From an uncultured bacterium (lineage in GTDB: Bacteria > JAJVIF01 > JAPKYR01), in contig CBDURU010000036.1 in the NCBI GenBank assembly GCA_965369865.1, positions 1-28,277 of the forward strand: a DNA stretch of 28,277 nt. The letters run 5' to 3'. Below are positions 1-10,026 of the stretch, in pieces. The notes below the pieces were generated by a model. The model did no database searches. It saw nothing but the letters and a program-made list of their open reading frames with translations, and was not told the DNA's origin. Positions within the stretch are counted from its first letter, which is position 1. Each line of letters starts with the position of its first letter. The translations under genes were made by a program, and so were the position numbers.

Positions 1-2
1 AA

Positions 3-2918
3 ATAAAAAAATCAAAGACTGCTGATGGGATTGCATCGCTTCCACGTGAACGTGACAAGATTGTTATCAAGGGCGCCCGTCAGCATAACCTGAAAAATAT
101 CGATGTTGAAATCCCGCGAAACCGGCTGGTGGTAATATCCGGGCTTTCAGGATCGGGGAAATCATCGCTCGCATTCGACACAATCTATGCTGAAGGCCAG
201 CGCCGTTATGTGGAAAGCCTGTCGTCCTATGCAAGACAATTCCTCGGACAGATGGATAAGCCCGATGTGGATTACATCGACGGACTCTCACCCGCGATTT
301 CAATAGATCAAAAAGCCAGGAGCCACAACCCGCGATCGACAGTCGGAACCGTGACTGAAATCTACGATTACCTGCGCCTTCTATTTGCCCGGGTTGGTGA
401 ACCTCACTGTCCGAAATGCGGAGCTAATGTCCAAAGCCAGTCACCACAGGAAATCGTTGATAAAATATTTCGAAAACCCGAGGGAACAAAGCTTTATATA
501 CTCGCTCCGATCATTCGCAGGAAAAAGGGATTGTACACAAAACTGTTCAGTGAGCTTTCGGAGGAAGGATTCAGCCGGGTACGAGTCGATGGGGAAATTT
601 ATCTTCTCACCGATGACATTGAACTCGACAGGTACGGCATACATTCTATCGATATTGTTGTAGACCGTATCGAGGTAAAAGAATCAATCCAGCAGAGACT
701 TACCGAATCCGTGGAACTGTCCCTTGAACGTGCCGAAGGAATGGTCGTCATATTTGAACCTGACACTGGAACCGAGGAGCTGTTCTCCACCAGGTTCGCA
801 TGCGATACCTGCGGAATATCTCTTCCTGAAATCACCCCGAAGCTTTTCAGTTTTAATTCACCTTACGGTGCGTGTGAAAAATGCGGGGGACTTGGCGCGC
901 TGAAAGAGATCGATCCCGACCTGGTTGTAAATAAGGAAAAATCGCTGGTCGATGAAGCAATACTGCCGTGGCGTGGATCGAGTTCGGGATATCTCACCAG
1001 CATGATCCATGCGGCCGCGCATCAGCTTGAGATCGACCCGTACGTTCCCCTTAAAGACCTCGATCCGGAAGCGGTCGATGCTTTGATCAATGGCGGTAAA
1101 AAATCAGTGAAAGTGAAATTCACTTTCCACGACTCCCAGGGTCGAAGACGCAAGGGCCGTTTTACATTCAAGGGAATTCTTGCTTATTTACAAAAAAGAT
1201 ATCGTGAGACAACATCGGATTACATCAGAAATGTACTTGAAATGTACATGAGCGATAGTCCATGCCCGTCGTGCCAGGGACGCAGGCTCAAGGATGTCGC
1301 GCTCGCCGTAACCCTGGCTGATAAAAATATCATCGACGTAACCGGCATCTCTGTCGGAGACGCTCTTGAGTTCTTTGAAACTATCAGGCTGACAAGTTAC
1401 CAAAAGCAGGTTGGGGACCGGATCCTGAAGGAAATTATTTCAAGGCTGAGGTTTCTCAACAATGTCGGGCTCGATTACATCACCCTGTCACGGACCGCTC
1501 GTACGCTGTCAGGCGGGGAAAGCCAGAGAATCAGGCTCGCAACCCAGATCGGGAGCAACCTTGCCGGTGTGCTTTACATCCTGGATGAACCATCGATAGG
1601 TCTTCACCAGCGCGACAACGCACGCCTCATCGAAACCCTCAGAGGCCTTCGAAATCTTGGAAATACCGTTATTGTGGTCGAGCATGATGAAAACACGATC
1701 CGGGCGGCGGATCATATAATCGATCTGGGTCCCGGCGCTGGTGTTCTTGGCGGACATGTTGTCGCGCAGGGAACCACTACCGACCTGGAAGAATCTAAGG
1801 ACAGCCCGACCGGTAAATTCCTGAAGTTAAAATCTACAACAGCTAAAATAGTGAAACGAAGTTTCCGGCAGGGCAACGGTGAAAAATTAATTGTAAGGAA
1901 TCCCCGCCAGAACAACCTTAAAGGGGAGGATATCGAATTTCCACTCGGAACATTCATTTCGATTACCGGCGTATCCGGCAGCGGGAAATCAAGCCTGGTA
2001 AATGACATACTCTGGCGTAACATCGCGCATGATTTCGGATTGCGTATCGACAAACCGGGGAAATGCGACGGTATCGACGGCCTTGAGCACATCGATGCCG
2101 CAATCGTTGTTGACCAGTCGCCGATCGGGAGAACGCCGAGATCGAACCCTGTAACCTACACAAAAATATTCGATAAAATCCGTATCCTGTTCGCAAGTGT
2201 ACCGGAATCCAAGGCTCGTGGATATTTGCCGGGACGTTTCAGTTTCAACGTGCGTGGCGGCCGTTGCCCGAGGTGCAACGGCGATGGCCTGCTGAAAATC
2301 GAGATGCATTTCCTGCCGGATGTTTATGTCAAGTGTGAAACCTGCAACGGGAAGCGCTATAATCGTGAGACCCTTGAAATTAAATACCGTGGGCAGAATA
2401 TTCATGATATCCTGTCAATGACCGTCGACACCGCTGCAGAGTTTTTCTCGGCGCATCGGGCAATTGCCGATCGCCTGGAGTTGATCCGCGATGTAGGGCT
2501 TGGCTACATCCGGCTCGGCCAGCCGGCGCCCACTCTTTCAGGAGGTGAAGCGCAGAGGGTTAAGCTGGCCAGTGAACTGGCAAAAAAGAAACAGGGAAGA
2601 GTATTATATATTCTGGACGAACCGACGACCGGACTGCATTACTTTGATGTTCAAAAACTGCTTGCAGTCCTCCAGCGGCTGGTAGATATGGGCAACACGG
2701 TCGTGGTTATCGAACATAACCTGGACGTGGTCGTAGCATCGGATTACGTAATTGATCTTGGCCCTGAGGGCGGTGACGGGGGCGGATACCTTATCGCAGC
2801 AGGATCACCTGATGAAATAGCAGGTTATCCTGAAAGCTATACCGGGCATTACCTGTCTGAAATGTTTGGCTTCGAACGAAATGAAACCCGCCGGGCCAGA
2901 AAGAAAAAGGGAGCTTGA
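3..2918 (+). CDS. uvrA: Excinuclease ABC subunit A (5' partial)
   Basis: Two Walker A motifs ([18 protein letters not shown]), two LSGGE signatures and CxxC zinc modules. The frame is open upstream of the ORF-track start at 129, through [21 protein letters not shown], back to position 3 with no ATG/GTG/TTG, so the start probably lies before the window. Confidence 0.97.
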   Translation: MKKSKTADGIASLPRERDKIVIKGARQHNLKNIDVEIPRNRLVVISGLSGSGKSSLAFDTIYAEGQRRYVESLSSYARQFLGQMDKPDVDYIDGLSPAISIDQKARSHNPRSTVGTVTEIYDYLRLLFARVGEPHCPKCGANVQSQSPQEIVDKIFRKPEGTKLYILAPIIRRKKGLYTKLFSELSEEGFSRVRVDGEIYLLTDDIELDRYGIHSIDIVVDRIEVKESIQQRLTESVELSLERAEGMVVIFEPDTGTEELFSTRFACDTCGISLPEITPKLFSFNSPYGACEKCGGLGALKEIDPDLVVNKEKSLVDEAILPWRGSSSGYLTSMIHAAAHQLEIDPYVPLKDLDPEAVDALINGGKKSVKVKFTFHDSQGRRRKGRFTFKGILAYLQKRYRETTSDYIRNVLEMYMSDSPCPSCQGRRLKDVALAVTLADKNIIDVTGISVGDALEFFETIRLTSYQKQVGDRILKEIISRLRFLNNVGLDYITLSRTARTLSGGESQRIRLATQIGSNLAGVLYILDEPSIGLHQRDNARLIETLRGLRNLGNTVIVVEHDENTIRAADHIIDLGPGAGVLGGHVVAQGTTTDLEESKDSPTGKFLKLKSTTAKIVKRSFRQGNGEKLIVRNPRQNNLKGEDIEFPLGTFISITGVSGSGKSSLVNDILWRNIAHDFGLRIDKPGKCDGIDGLEHIDAAIVVDQSPIGRTPRSNPVTYTKIFDKIRILFASVPESKARGYLPGRFSFNVRGGRCPRCNGDGLLKIEMHFLPDVYVKCETCNGKRYNRETLEIKYRGQNIHDILSMTVDTAAEFFSAHRAIADRLELIRDVGLGYIRLGQPAPTLSGGEAQRVKLASELAKKKQGRVLYILDEPTTGLHYFDVQKLLAVLQRLVDMGNTVVVIEHNLDVVVASDYVIDLGPEGGDGGGYLIAAGSPDEIAGYPESYTGHYLSEMFGFERNETRRARKKKGA

Positions 2919-2923
2919 ATCCC

Positions 2924-3433
2924 ATGAATGCTCAAGGTTCGATCATCTGGAGGGAAGGTGATCGCTGGTACGGTGCCGTCGCCAGCGATGAGGGTGTGCT
3001 CGTTTTAATATGGTCTCCTGACAGGACCGAAGTTGAGGAGAACCTCCCGGAAATTTCCGAACTCAAGGTCGGCGCAGCAGTACGCAGAAATCTCGAACGG
3101 CTCAGGCGTGAAATTAATGAATATCACAGAGGGAAACGTAAGAGATTCACGGTACAGGCCGCACCCCAGGGAACTGAGTTCCAGAAAACAGTATGGAAAG
3201 CCCTCTGCGGAATCCCGTATGGTAAATCCATGACTTATGGCGAACTTGCGGAACAGATTGGAAAACCCGGTGCGGCAAGGGCTGTAGGTAATGCAGCCGG
3301 TACTAACCCTGTTCCGATCGTAATCCCATGCCACAGGCTTCTGGCAGCCAATAAAAAGCTCGGTGGGTTTGGGATTGGACCCGAGGAAAAACGCCGCCTT
3401 CTGGAACTTGAAGGCATAGAATGGATTGAGTAA
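2924..3433 (+). CDS. ogt: Methylated-DNA--protein-cysteine methyltransferase
   Basis: GTEFQKTVW, TYGELA, ARAVG, NPVPIVIPCHR active-site motif. ATG 2924 is better spaced from the GGGAG SD than TTG 2915. Confidence 0.92.
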   Translation: MNAQGSIIWREGDRWYGAVASDEGVLVLIWSPDRTEVEENLPEISELKVGAAVRRNLERLRREINEYHRGKRKRFTVQAAPQGTEFQKTVWKALCGIPYGKSMTYGELAEQIGKPGAARAVGNAAGTNPVPIVIPCHRLLAANKKLGGFGIGPEEKRRLLELEGIEWIE

Positions 3434-3442
3434 CCGCTTAAA

Positions 3443-3550
3443 TTCGGGGACAAGGCATTTTTCCCTTGATATGCAATGGGAAAGTCAGGTCTATCACTGG
3501 AGAAAGATGGCATGTTCCCGTGAATTATGTAATTTCAAATAGAATTGGTC
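3443..3550. repeat. Intergenic palindromic repeat, family A copy 1 (about 108 bp)
   Basis: Aligns by hand to the reverse complement of 9835-9943 with 12 differences in 109 columns; the first 37 nt are identical. Internal imperfect inverted arms GGGGACAAGGCAT...ATGGCATGTTCCC. Confidence 0.93.
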
Positions 3551-3690
3551 TCACTTGTTTATAAATAGTAAACGGGCAAAATTGAGTGCCTGAACCCATT
3601 GTTCCCGATTAATGATTGGGCAAGTTTCCAATTTTTAAAGCATTTTAACGATTTTCCTGTACTTTACCTGTACCCCTGCTAACACCAGTA

Positions 3691-3699
3691 TGTTATATT
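3691..3699 (+). promoter_or_regulatory. Possible extended -10 promoter for the rapZ-gap operon
   Basis: TGtTATATT about 50 nt upstream of ATG 3747; no good -35. Confidence 0.3.
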
Positions 3700-3746
3700 G
3701 TGCTCATCATTTGAAGGATTCAGGTGATAATCGGCTGGATGGGGGC

Positions 3747-4676
3747 ATGGTGCCATTACCGGAAATACAACCCGGAACCGAGGCTAACAGCCCGAACGGT
3801 TCCCGCTCTCCGGCAATTGTTGTAATCACCGGAATGTCCGGAGCCGGGAAGACAAGTGTACTGCGCGTTTTTGAGGACGCAAATTATTTCACGATCGATA
3901 ATCTCCCACCGCAACTTCTGGACAAATTCATCGCCCTTTGCCTGGCTGGCTCTGAAGCAGGCCCCAGCTATACGGGTATGGCCGTAGTAATCGATATCCG
4001 CGCAAGGGAATTCTTCGAGGGTTTACTTGATAGCGTTATCGAACTTAAAAACGCGGGTTACGATGTAAAAATCGTTTTTCTTGACGCCAAGGATCACATT
4101 CTCGTCAGGCGATACAAGGAAACAAGGCGCGAGCATCCGCTGGCGAATTCCGGAGAGCAGTTGATCAAGGCTATTCAGAGGGAACGAACAATCCTTGCCA
4201 GTGTTGAAAGGGAAGCCGATTTTACGCTCGATACCTCTAACCTTAGTTCAGCCGATCTGAAACGACACGTAATGTCGTATATCTCAGCCGAGAGGGAAAA
4301 GCCGAAAACCAATATTCGCGTACTTTCTTTCGGGTTTAAGCATGGAATCCCTCTCGATCTGGATTTTGTTTTCGATGTTCGGTTCCTGCCGAATCCATTT
4401 TATGAACCGGAGCTTAAGTCGCTCACCGGCCTTCAAAAGGAGGTTGGTGAGTTTATCGAAAGATCACCTGATTGCAGTGAGTTCCGTAAAAGATTAAAGG
4501 ACCTCCTGACTTGGATCATCCCAATATTCTCCGAGGAAGGAAGGCTCCGGTTGAATGTTGCGGTTGGATGTACCGGCGGACGACATCGAAGTGTTTACCT
4601 GGCTGAGAAAATTGGTGAGGATTTAAGGTCGAAGGGATATCCGGTTAACGTCGTTCACCGTGATATTAATAAATAA
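3747..4676 (+). CDS. rapZ: RNase adapter RapZ / YvcJ family P-loop protein
   Basis: TGMSGAGKT, IDNLP, SFGFKHG, FDVRFLPNP, GCTGGRHRSV. Start chosen at ATG 3747 after GGGGG; the ORF is open from 3690. Confidence 0.93.
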   Translation: MVPLPEIQPGTEANSPNGSRSPAIVVITGMSGAGKTSVLRVFEDANYFTIDNLPPQLLDKFIALCLAGSEAGPSYTGMAVVIDIRAREFFEGLLDSVIELKNAGYDVKIVFLDAKDHILVRRYKETRREHPLANSGEQLIKAIQRERTILASVEREADFTLDTSNLSSADLKRHVMSYISAEREKPKTNIRVLSFGFKHGIPLDLDFVFDVRFLPNPFYEPELKSLTGLQKEVGEFIERSPDCSEFRKRLKDLLTWIIPIFSEEGRLRLNVAVGCTGGRHRSVYLAEKIGEDLRSKGYPVNVVHRDINK

Positions 4677-4739
4677 ACCGGTGGGGATTTCAGTAAAACA
4701 TCGGGATTTATAAAACAACAATTAATGGAGGAAGAGTTT

Positions 4740-5774
4740 ATGACAGTAAAAGTTGGAATAAACGGGTTTGGACGGATCGGCCGGTTGATTGTCAGGATCT
4801 GGGCTGAGCGTCTCAGGAAGGGAGAAGATGTTCCCTGGGATATCGTCGCCGTCAACTCCCGATCCAAAACCAGGATCAAGGGCCATACTCTTAAGTACGA
4901 TACCGTGTACCATAAATTTGACTGTGAGATCGATGAAGATGCCGATGAGATTCGTATTCCGGACCTCGGTAAAACCATCAGGTGCCTGACAGCCAACGAC
5001 CCGTCGGAGCTGCCGTGGAAAGAAATGGGGGTTGATATCTCTGTTGAAGCAACCGGGAAATTCACCGACCGTAAGGGCTGCATGAAACAGATCGAAGCGG
5101 GCGCCAGTAAGGTATTTATTTCGGCGCCGGGAAAGGGGGAAGGACCGGACATTACTGTCGTATGGGGAATTAACCACACAGATTACGACCCATCTGCACA
5201 TAAAATTGTCTCAAACGCCAGTTGTACTACAAACTGTCTGGCGCCGATGGTGAAAGTCCTTAACGACGGGCTGGTAATTGAAGCCGGCATAATGCTCACT
5301 ATCCATGCCTATACTTCATCTCAGAATATACTTGATAACTCCCATAAGGACCTCAGGCGTGCACGGGCGTGCGCGTGCAACATGATTCCCACATCAACAG
5401 GCGCTACAAAGGCTGTTGGACTGGTTATCCCGGAAGTTCAGGGAAAATTGACCGGTTACGCAATTCGTGTTCCTACACCAACAGTCAGCTTTGTCGACCT
5501 GACATGCTGGGTTGGCAGGGAAACATCGAAAGAAGAGGTAAATAAGATCTTCAAGACCGCTTCCGAGGGCTCGATGAAGGGCGTGATTAAATATGAAACC
5601 GATCCCACGGTGTCCAGCGATCATGAGGGAACGAAATTCTCCGCAATTTTCGACGCCGACCTTACCCAGGTCATGGGCGGGAGACTAATAAAAACCCTCG
5701 GATGGTATGATAACGAGTGGGGTTACACCGAGGCTTTGGTTGATATGCTTACATACATGGTCAATAAAGGTTGA
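4740..5774 (+). CDS. gap: Glyceraldehyde-3-phosphate dehydrogenase, type I
   Basis: GINGFGRIGR, ASCTTNCL, RVPTP, WYDNEWGY; GGAGG SD upstream of ATG 4740. Confidence 0.96.
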   Translation: MTVKVGINGFGRIGRLIVRIWAERLRKGEDVPWDIVAVNSRSKTRIKGHTLKYDTVYHKFDCEIDEDADEIRIPDLGKTIRCLTANDPSELPWKEMGVDISVEATGKFTDRKGCMKQIEAGASKVFISAPGKGEGPDITVVWGINHTDYDPSAHKIVSNASCTTNCLAPMVKVLNDGLVIEAGIMLTIHAYTSSQNILDNSHKDLRRARACACNMIPTSTGATKAVGLVIPEVQGKLTGYAIRVPTPTVSFVDLTCWVGRETSKEEVNKIFKTASEGSMKGVIKYETDPTVSSDHEGTKFSAIFDADLTQVMGGRLIKTLGWYDNEWGYTEALVDMLTYMVNKG

Positions 5775-5818
5775 TTTAAAAATAGATCGAAATATGAATC
5801 AGGAGGAATTATTCAATT

Positions 5819-7024
5819 ATGCCAACTCTACCTCACGTTAAAGATGCCGATGTGGAAGGAAAAAGAGTTTTCCTGAGATGTGACTTCAATGTGCCTTTGG
5901 ATTCAGATTGTAACATCACGGATGAAACACGTATCCTGGCAAGCCTCCGTACGATTCACTTTCTTCTGGATCGCGGTGCAAGGGTATATGTTACCAGCCA
6001 CCTCGGACGTCCGAAAGGCAAGGTCGTTCCCGAGTTAAGCCTTAAACCGGTCGCAACAAGACTCGCCGACCTTGTCGGCGGCGAAGTTCCCTTAATTGAA
6101 GATTATACCGATGGTGACTTTCCGGAAACCCTTGGCCGGATTGGACCGGGCGAAATCGCGGTTCTGGAAAATACCCGCTTCCTTCCGGGTGAAACAAAAA
6201 ACGATCCGGAACTTGGGGCCGCATACGCCAGGCTTGCGGATATTTACGTGAACGACGCTTTCGGAACCAGCCACCGGGCCCACGCAAGTGTTGTGGGTAT
6301 AGCCGAGAGATTACCACATTACGCGGGTTTCCTTCTTGTGGAAGAGATCGAGCATATTGACGGCCTTCTCCAGGAGGATGTCGCAAGGCCGTATGTTGTC
6401 TGCCTGGGAGGAGCCAAGGTCAAAAACAAGCTGCCAATCCTTGAATTCCTGGCGCCTCGTGTTGACACGATTCTAATCGGCGGAGCCTGTGCGTTTACTT
6501 TCCTGAAAGCTCAGTGGCGCGAAGTTGGGATTAGCATGATCGAGGAGGATATGATCGAAGCCGCACGTACCGTTCTTACGAACCAGGCAAACATGGGTTA
6601 CAGGATCGAGCTACCGAGAGATCTCCTTGTCGCCCCAAATTCCGATCCTGATACGGAACCGGAATTGGTGGAAATCGATGACTTTCCGCATGATTGCGCG
6701 GGCTTTGATATTGGAATTAAAACCCGAAGAGCCTGGGACCCGCTCCTGAGACGGGCCGGCACTGTATTATGGAACGGGCCGATGGGATTATTCGAGGACT
6801 GGCGTTATAATGGCGGAACCAGAGCGATCGCCAAAGCCATTGCACTCGGTCAGGGTTTTTCTGTCGCTGGTGGTGGTGAGACCATGAGCGCCATCAACCA
6901 TTTCGGACTTGGCTGGGGTTTCAGTCATATGTCCACTGGCGGCGGTGCCAGTCTCGAATACATGAGCGGAAAAATACTTCCCGGTGTCGCTGTGCTTCTC
7001 GATCCACAACCGGTTGTTGTATAA
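5819..7024 (+). CDS. pgk: Phosphoglycerate kinase
   Basis: RCDFNVP, SHLGRP, LENTRF, NDAFGTSHRAHAS, WNGPMG, STGGGASLE; AGGAGG SD. Confidence 0.96.
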   Translation: MPTLPHVKDADVEGKRVFLRCDFNVPLDSDCNITDETRILASLRTIHFLLDRGARVYVTSHLGRPKGKVVPELSLKPVATRLADLVGGEVPLIEDYTDGDFPETLGRIGPGEIAVLENTRFLPGETKNDPELGAAYARLADIYVNDAFGTSHRAHASVVGIAERLPHYAGFLLVEEIEHIDGLLQEDVARPYVVCLGGAKVKNKLPILEFLAPRVDTILIGGACAFTFLKAQWREVGISMIEEDMIEAARTVLTNQANMGYRIELPRDLLVAPNSDPDTEPELVEIDDFPHDCAGFDIGIKTRRAWDPLLRRAGTVLWNGPMGLFEDWRYNGGTRAIAKAIALGQGFSVAGGGETMSAINHFGLGWGFSHMSTGGGASLEYMSGKILPGVAVLLDPQPVVV

Positions 7025-7101
7025 TCTGCTTTCCGGTTTATTAATCATTCAAGCGTCGCGGATTCGTTCGAATCCGACGATGCAACTAACTGAGGTGATA
7101 T

Positions 7102-7887
7102 ATGCGTATCCCGTGTGCCTACGCGAACTGGAAGATGAATAAGACGCTGAACGAGGCACTCGATTTCGTGTATGAATTCGTGCCGGCTCTTTTCAGCGAT
7201 ATAAAAGAGGGGTCTGTCGGGGTTTCCATTTTCCCTCCCGCTCCGTACATTTACCCCATGCGCCAGGAACTCGGCGAGGACAGCCCGATATTTATCGGAG
7301 CTCAAAATATCTATTACGAAAAAGAGGGTGCGTATACTGGCGAGATGAGTGGAAATATCCTGCGTTCGGCCGGTGCGTCGCACGTACTTGTCGGGCATTC
7401 CGAACGCCGGCATATAATGGGAGAAGATAATAAAACTGTTGGCAGGAAACTTGCCCGGATACTTCGCGACCGGTTGATACCGGTACTCTGTGTCGGGGAA
7501 CAACTCAGGGACCGCGAGGCCGGAAAAGCCAAGGATGTCGTCGAGGAGCAGCTTGCTGTCGCCTGGGAAGGCCAGGAGGTTACCGGGGGAGCGTTGATTG
7601 CCTACGAACCGGTCTGGGCAATTGGTACCGGAAAAAATGCCGAACCTCGCGACGCGCAGGAGATGGCTGATTTCATCAGGGCCTGGACAGCCAGGTTTTT
7701 CACACCGGAAACCGCCGCGACTATTCGTATCCTTTACGGCGGGAGTGTTTCACCTGAAAATATTAGTCAATACGCTAGGCTGCCTGATATCGACGGCGCG
7801 CTTGTAGGCGGGGCAAGTCTCGAGACAAAACAATTCCTTGAGATCGCAAAGGCAATCGCTGAAACCGGTCCGGGAGGCACTGGCTGA
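7102..7887 (+). CDS. tpiA: Triosephosphate isomerase
   Basis: ANWKMN, GHSERR, AYEPVWAIGTG, LYGGSV, LVGGASL; GAGGTGA SD. Confidence 0.96.
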   Translation: MRIPCAYANWKMNKTLNEALDFVYEFVPALFSDIKEGSVGVSIFPPAPYIYPMRQELGEDSPIFIGAQNIYYEKEGAYTGEMSGNILRSAGASHVLVGHSERRHIMGEDNKTVGRKLARILRDRLIPVLCVGEQLRDREAGKAKDVVEEQLAVAWEGQEVTGGALIAYEPVWAIGTGKNAEPRDAQEMADFIRAWTARFFTPETAATIRILYGGSVSPENISQYARLPDIDGALVGGASLETKQFLEIAKAIAETGPGGTG

Positions 7888-7888
7888 G

Positions 7889-8704
7889 ATGGCTCTTGAA
7901 TTGCGACGGCGCAGGATCGGGTCCGGTGACCGGGCCGCTGAAATCATTGATGTTATCGGCCGTCTGAACACGGCCGGATCGGCGATGCTGCGATCGTCGC
8001 TTCAGGAAGTCCTTAAGGAAGGTTCCCCGAGGATTGCAATTAACCTTTCCGAATTAGTTGAAATTAAAAAAGAGGTTTTCGGCGCTATTCATTCACTTGG
8101 ACGAGCGTGCTCCCGTGCCGGGGGTAGCCTTGTAGTTTACGGTGCGACTGGCGATCCTCTCGAGTATGTAAAGGCTTATATTGATGAAAACCTTGTCAGA
8201 TACTTCGAAACCGAAAACGAGGCCGTTGTCGCGCTCGGTGGTGAGCCTGAACCGCTCCCCGATGAGACTGAGGATGAGGGACCCGGTGTTGTTGTGGTCA
8301 TTGGAGCAGATGATACATTCCGAAAAATTTTCTGGAACCTGGGAGTGATGGGGGGACATCCTGTCGCGAAATTCGACAACATACCCGCCGCGGTTGACTA
8401 TGCCGGCAGGCAGAAAATATATTGCATCTTAATCGACCCCTCTCTTACAGGGCACGACCTGATAAGGTTAATTCGACAGATTCGCTCAAATCCGGAGATG
8501 CGGGGAATCGGGATTTTCATCGTTGGAAAGCCGACAAGCCGGCGATCGGCGAAAATGCTCCTCGATGAGGGAGCTGACAAATTCGTGCCCTTTGTCTTCA
8601 AGGGAGAGGAAATCATGGCCAATTTCGATTCCCGTACTTTCTTTTCCAGTCTCAAGGAAGCGTTTAAACGCTACGATATCAGAAAAAAAGCCAGGTCAGA
8701 ATAA
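7889..8704 (+). CDS. STAS (anti-sigma antagonist-like) domain fused to an atypical receiver domain
   Basis: The N-terminus follows the STAS pattern (IIDVIGRLN...IAINLSEL...GGSLVV...FETENEAV). An acidic/Pro linker follows, then a CheY-like pattern (CILID...LIRQIRSNPEMRGIGIFIV...GADKFV). ATG lies 1 nt after the tpiA stop, with a GGGAGG SD. Confidence 0.72.
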   Translation: MALELRRRRIGSGDRAAEIIDVIGRLNTAGSAMLRSSLQEVLKEGSPRIAINLSELVEIKKEVFGAIHSLGRACSRAGGSLVVYGATGDPLEYVKAYIDENLVRYFETENEAVVALGGEPEPLPDETEDEGPGVVVVIGADDTFRKIFWNLGVMGGHPVAKFDNIPAAVDYAGRQKIYCILIDPSLTGHDLIRLIRQIRSNPEMRGIGIFIVGKPTSRRSAKMLLDEGADKFVPFVFKGEEIMANFDSRTFFSSLKEAFKRYDIRKKARSE

Positions 8705-8721
8705 TAAAAGAAGATCACCAC

Positions 8722-9834
8722 ATGTTTCCAGATCACGACGTTTTTGATGGGCCAAATTTTGATCAGACCGTATTTAACAGTTCCAAAACCGCTGTAATTT
8801 TCCATAACGACTACATACTTCACGATACCGGCAGCCATCCTGAAAATTCAAATCGCCTGATTGTAATGAAGGATGCGATCGAGAACCACCAAGTCGGTAA
8901 ATCTATCGACTGGCTGCAGCCTGATCTCTGTGAGGAAGCTGATATCCTCCGGTGTCATTCTGAAGCTCAGCTCGAAGCTATAAAATCCGCGGCTCATAAA
9001 GCTTCGGAATCAGGCGGGAGACTGGTTTACCTCGATCCCGATACCCCGGTCTCATCGGGTACATGGCAGGCGGCTTTACGTGCTGTTGGCGGGGCATGCC
9101 ACGCGGTCGATCAGGTTCTGGCCGGACCATACCAGACCGTCTGGGGACTCTTCCGTCCACCCGGTCATCACGCCACACCCGACCGCTCGATGGGATTCTG
9201 CATATTCAATAATGTTGCCTGTGCCGCGGAATATGCCAGGGTAAAGCATGGCCTCAAGCGAATCATGATTGTCGATATCGACCTCCATCACGGTAACGGT
9301 ACCCAGGATATTTTTTATTCGGATGCCGGGGTCCTTTATTCATCGATCCATCAATGCTACCACTACCCGGGTACCGGCTTTATCGACGAGACTGGATCCG
9401 GTGACGGCAAGGGTTATACCGTCAATTTCCCGGTCCTCGCCGGGGCAGGGGATGGTGAATTTGCTATATATGGAAGGGAGGTTGTAGCCCAGATAGCGTG
9501 GCAATTCAAACCCGAATTGCTGATTATCTCAATCGGGTTCGATGCCCATATGAAAGACCCGCTGGGCTCCCTGAACGTCTCCACGGAATATTACGGAAAG
9601 ATGGTCACACTGTTTCGCGCGATCGCAACCGAACTTGGTATCGGAGTCTTCTACGCACTCGAAGGTGGATATTCCCTCGAAGCCCTCTCAGAAAGTATCA
9701 TCGAGTGCATGACCGCTTCTGTCGCAACACATTTCGATCCCGGCGGTCTCCCGATGCCCTATCGTCCCCCGACATCATCCCAGGACATGCTTGAAGACCT
9801 CCGGACCACGTTTAAAGGAATCTGGAACATTTAA
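8722..9834 (+). CDS. Zn-dependent histone deacetylase family protein (AcuC/AphA-like)
   Basis: HPE..RL, RPPGHHA, GFCIFNN, DIDLHHGNGTQ, YPGTG, GFDAH..DPL, LEGGY. Confidence 0.93.
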   Translation: MFPDHDVFDGPNFDQTVFNSSKTAVIFHNDYILHDTGSHPENSNRLIVMKDAIENHQVGKSIDWLQPDLCEEADILRCHSEAQLEAIKSAAHKASESGGRLVYLDPDTPVSSGTWQAALRAVGGACHAVDQVLAGPYQTVWGLFRPPGHHATPDRSMGFCIFNNVACAAEYARVKHGLKRIMIVDIDLHHGNGTQDIFYSDAGVLYSSIHQCYHYPGTGFIDETGSGDGKGYTVNFPVLAGAGDGEFAIYGREVVAQIAWQFKPELLIISIGFDAHMKDPLGSLNVSTEYYGKMVTLFRAIATELGIGVFYALEGGYSLEALSESIIECMTASVATHFDPGGLPMPYRPPTSSQDMLEDLRTTFKGIWNI

Positions 9835-9943
9835 GGCCAATTTTACTTGAAATTGTATAAATCATAGGGGACATGCCATTTTTCTCCAGTGATAAACCTG
9901 ACTTTACCATTGCATATCAAGGGAAAAATGCCTTGTCCCCGAA
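9835..9943. repeat. Intergenic palindromic repeat, family A copy 2 (inverted relative to copy 1)
   Basis: Reverse complement of 3443-3550. Internal 17-bp arms GGGGACATGCCATTTTT (9867-9883) and AAAAATGCCTTGTCCCC (9924-9940) are complementary at 15/17 positions. Confidence 0.93.
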
Positions 9944-10026
9944 GCGAAAAAAACACTTCCAGGGAGAATTGGTTTAAATATGTGTTCCCATTCGCGGCGT
10001 GCGATCCCGGCGCATGAAATCAAAGC

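Noticed and set aside
129..131. ORF-track start of uvrA
   Set aside because: The conserved UvrA N-terminus ([12 protein letters not shown]) is encoded in frame upstream.
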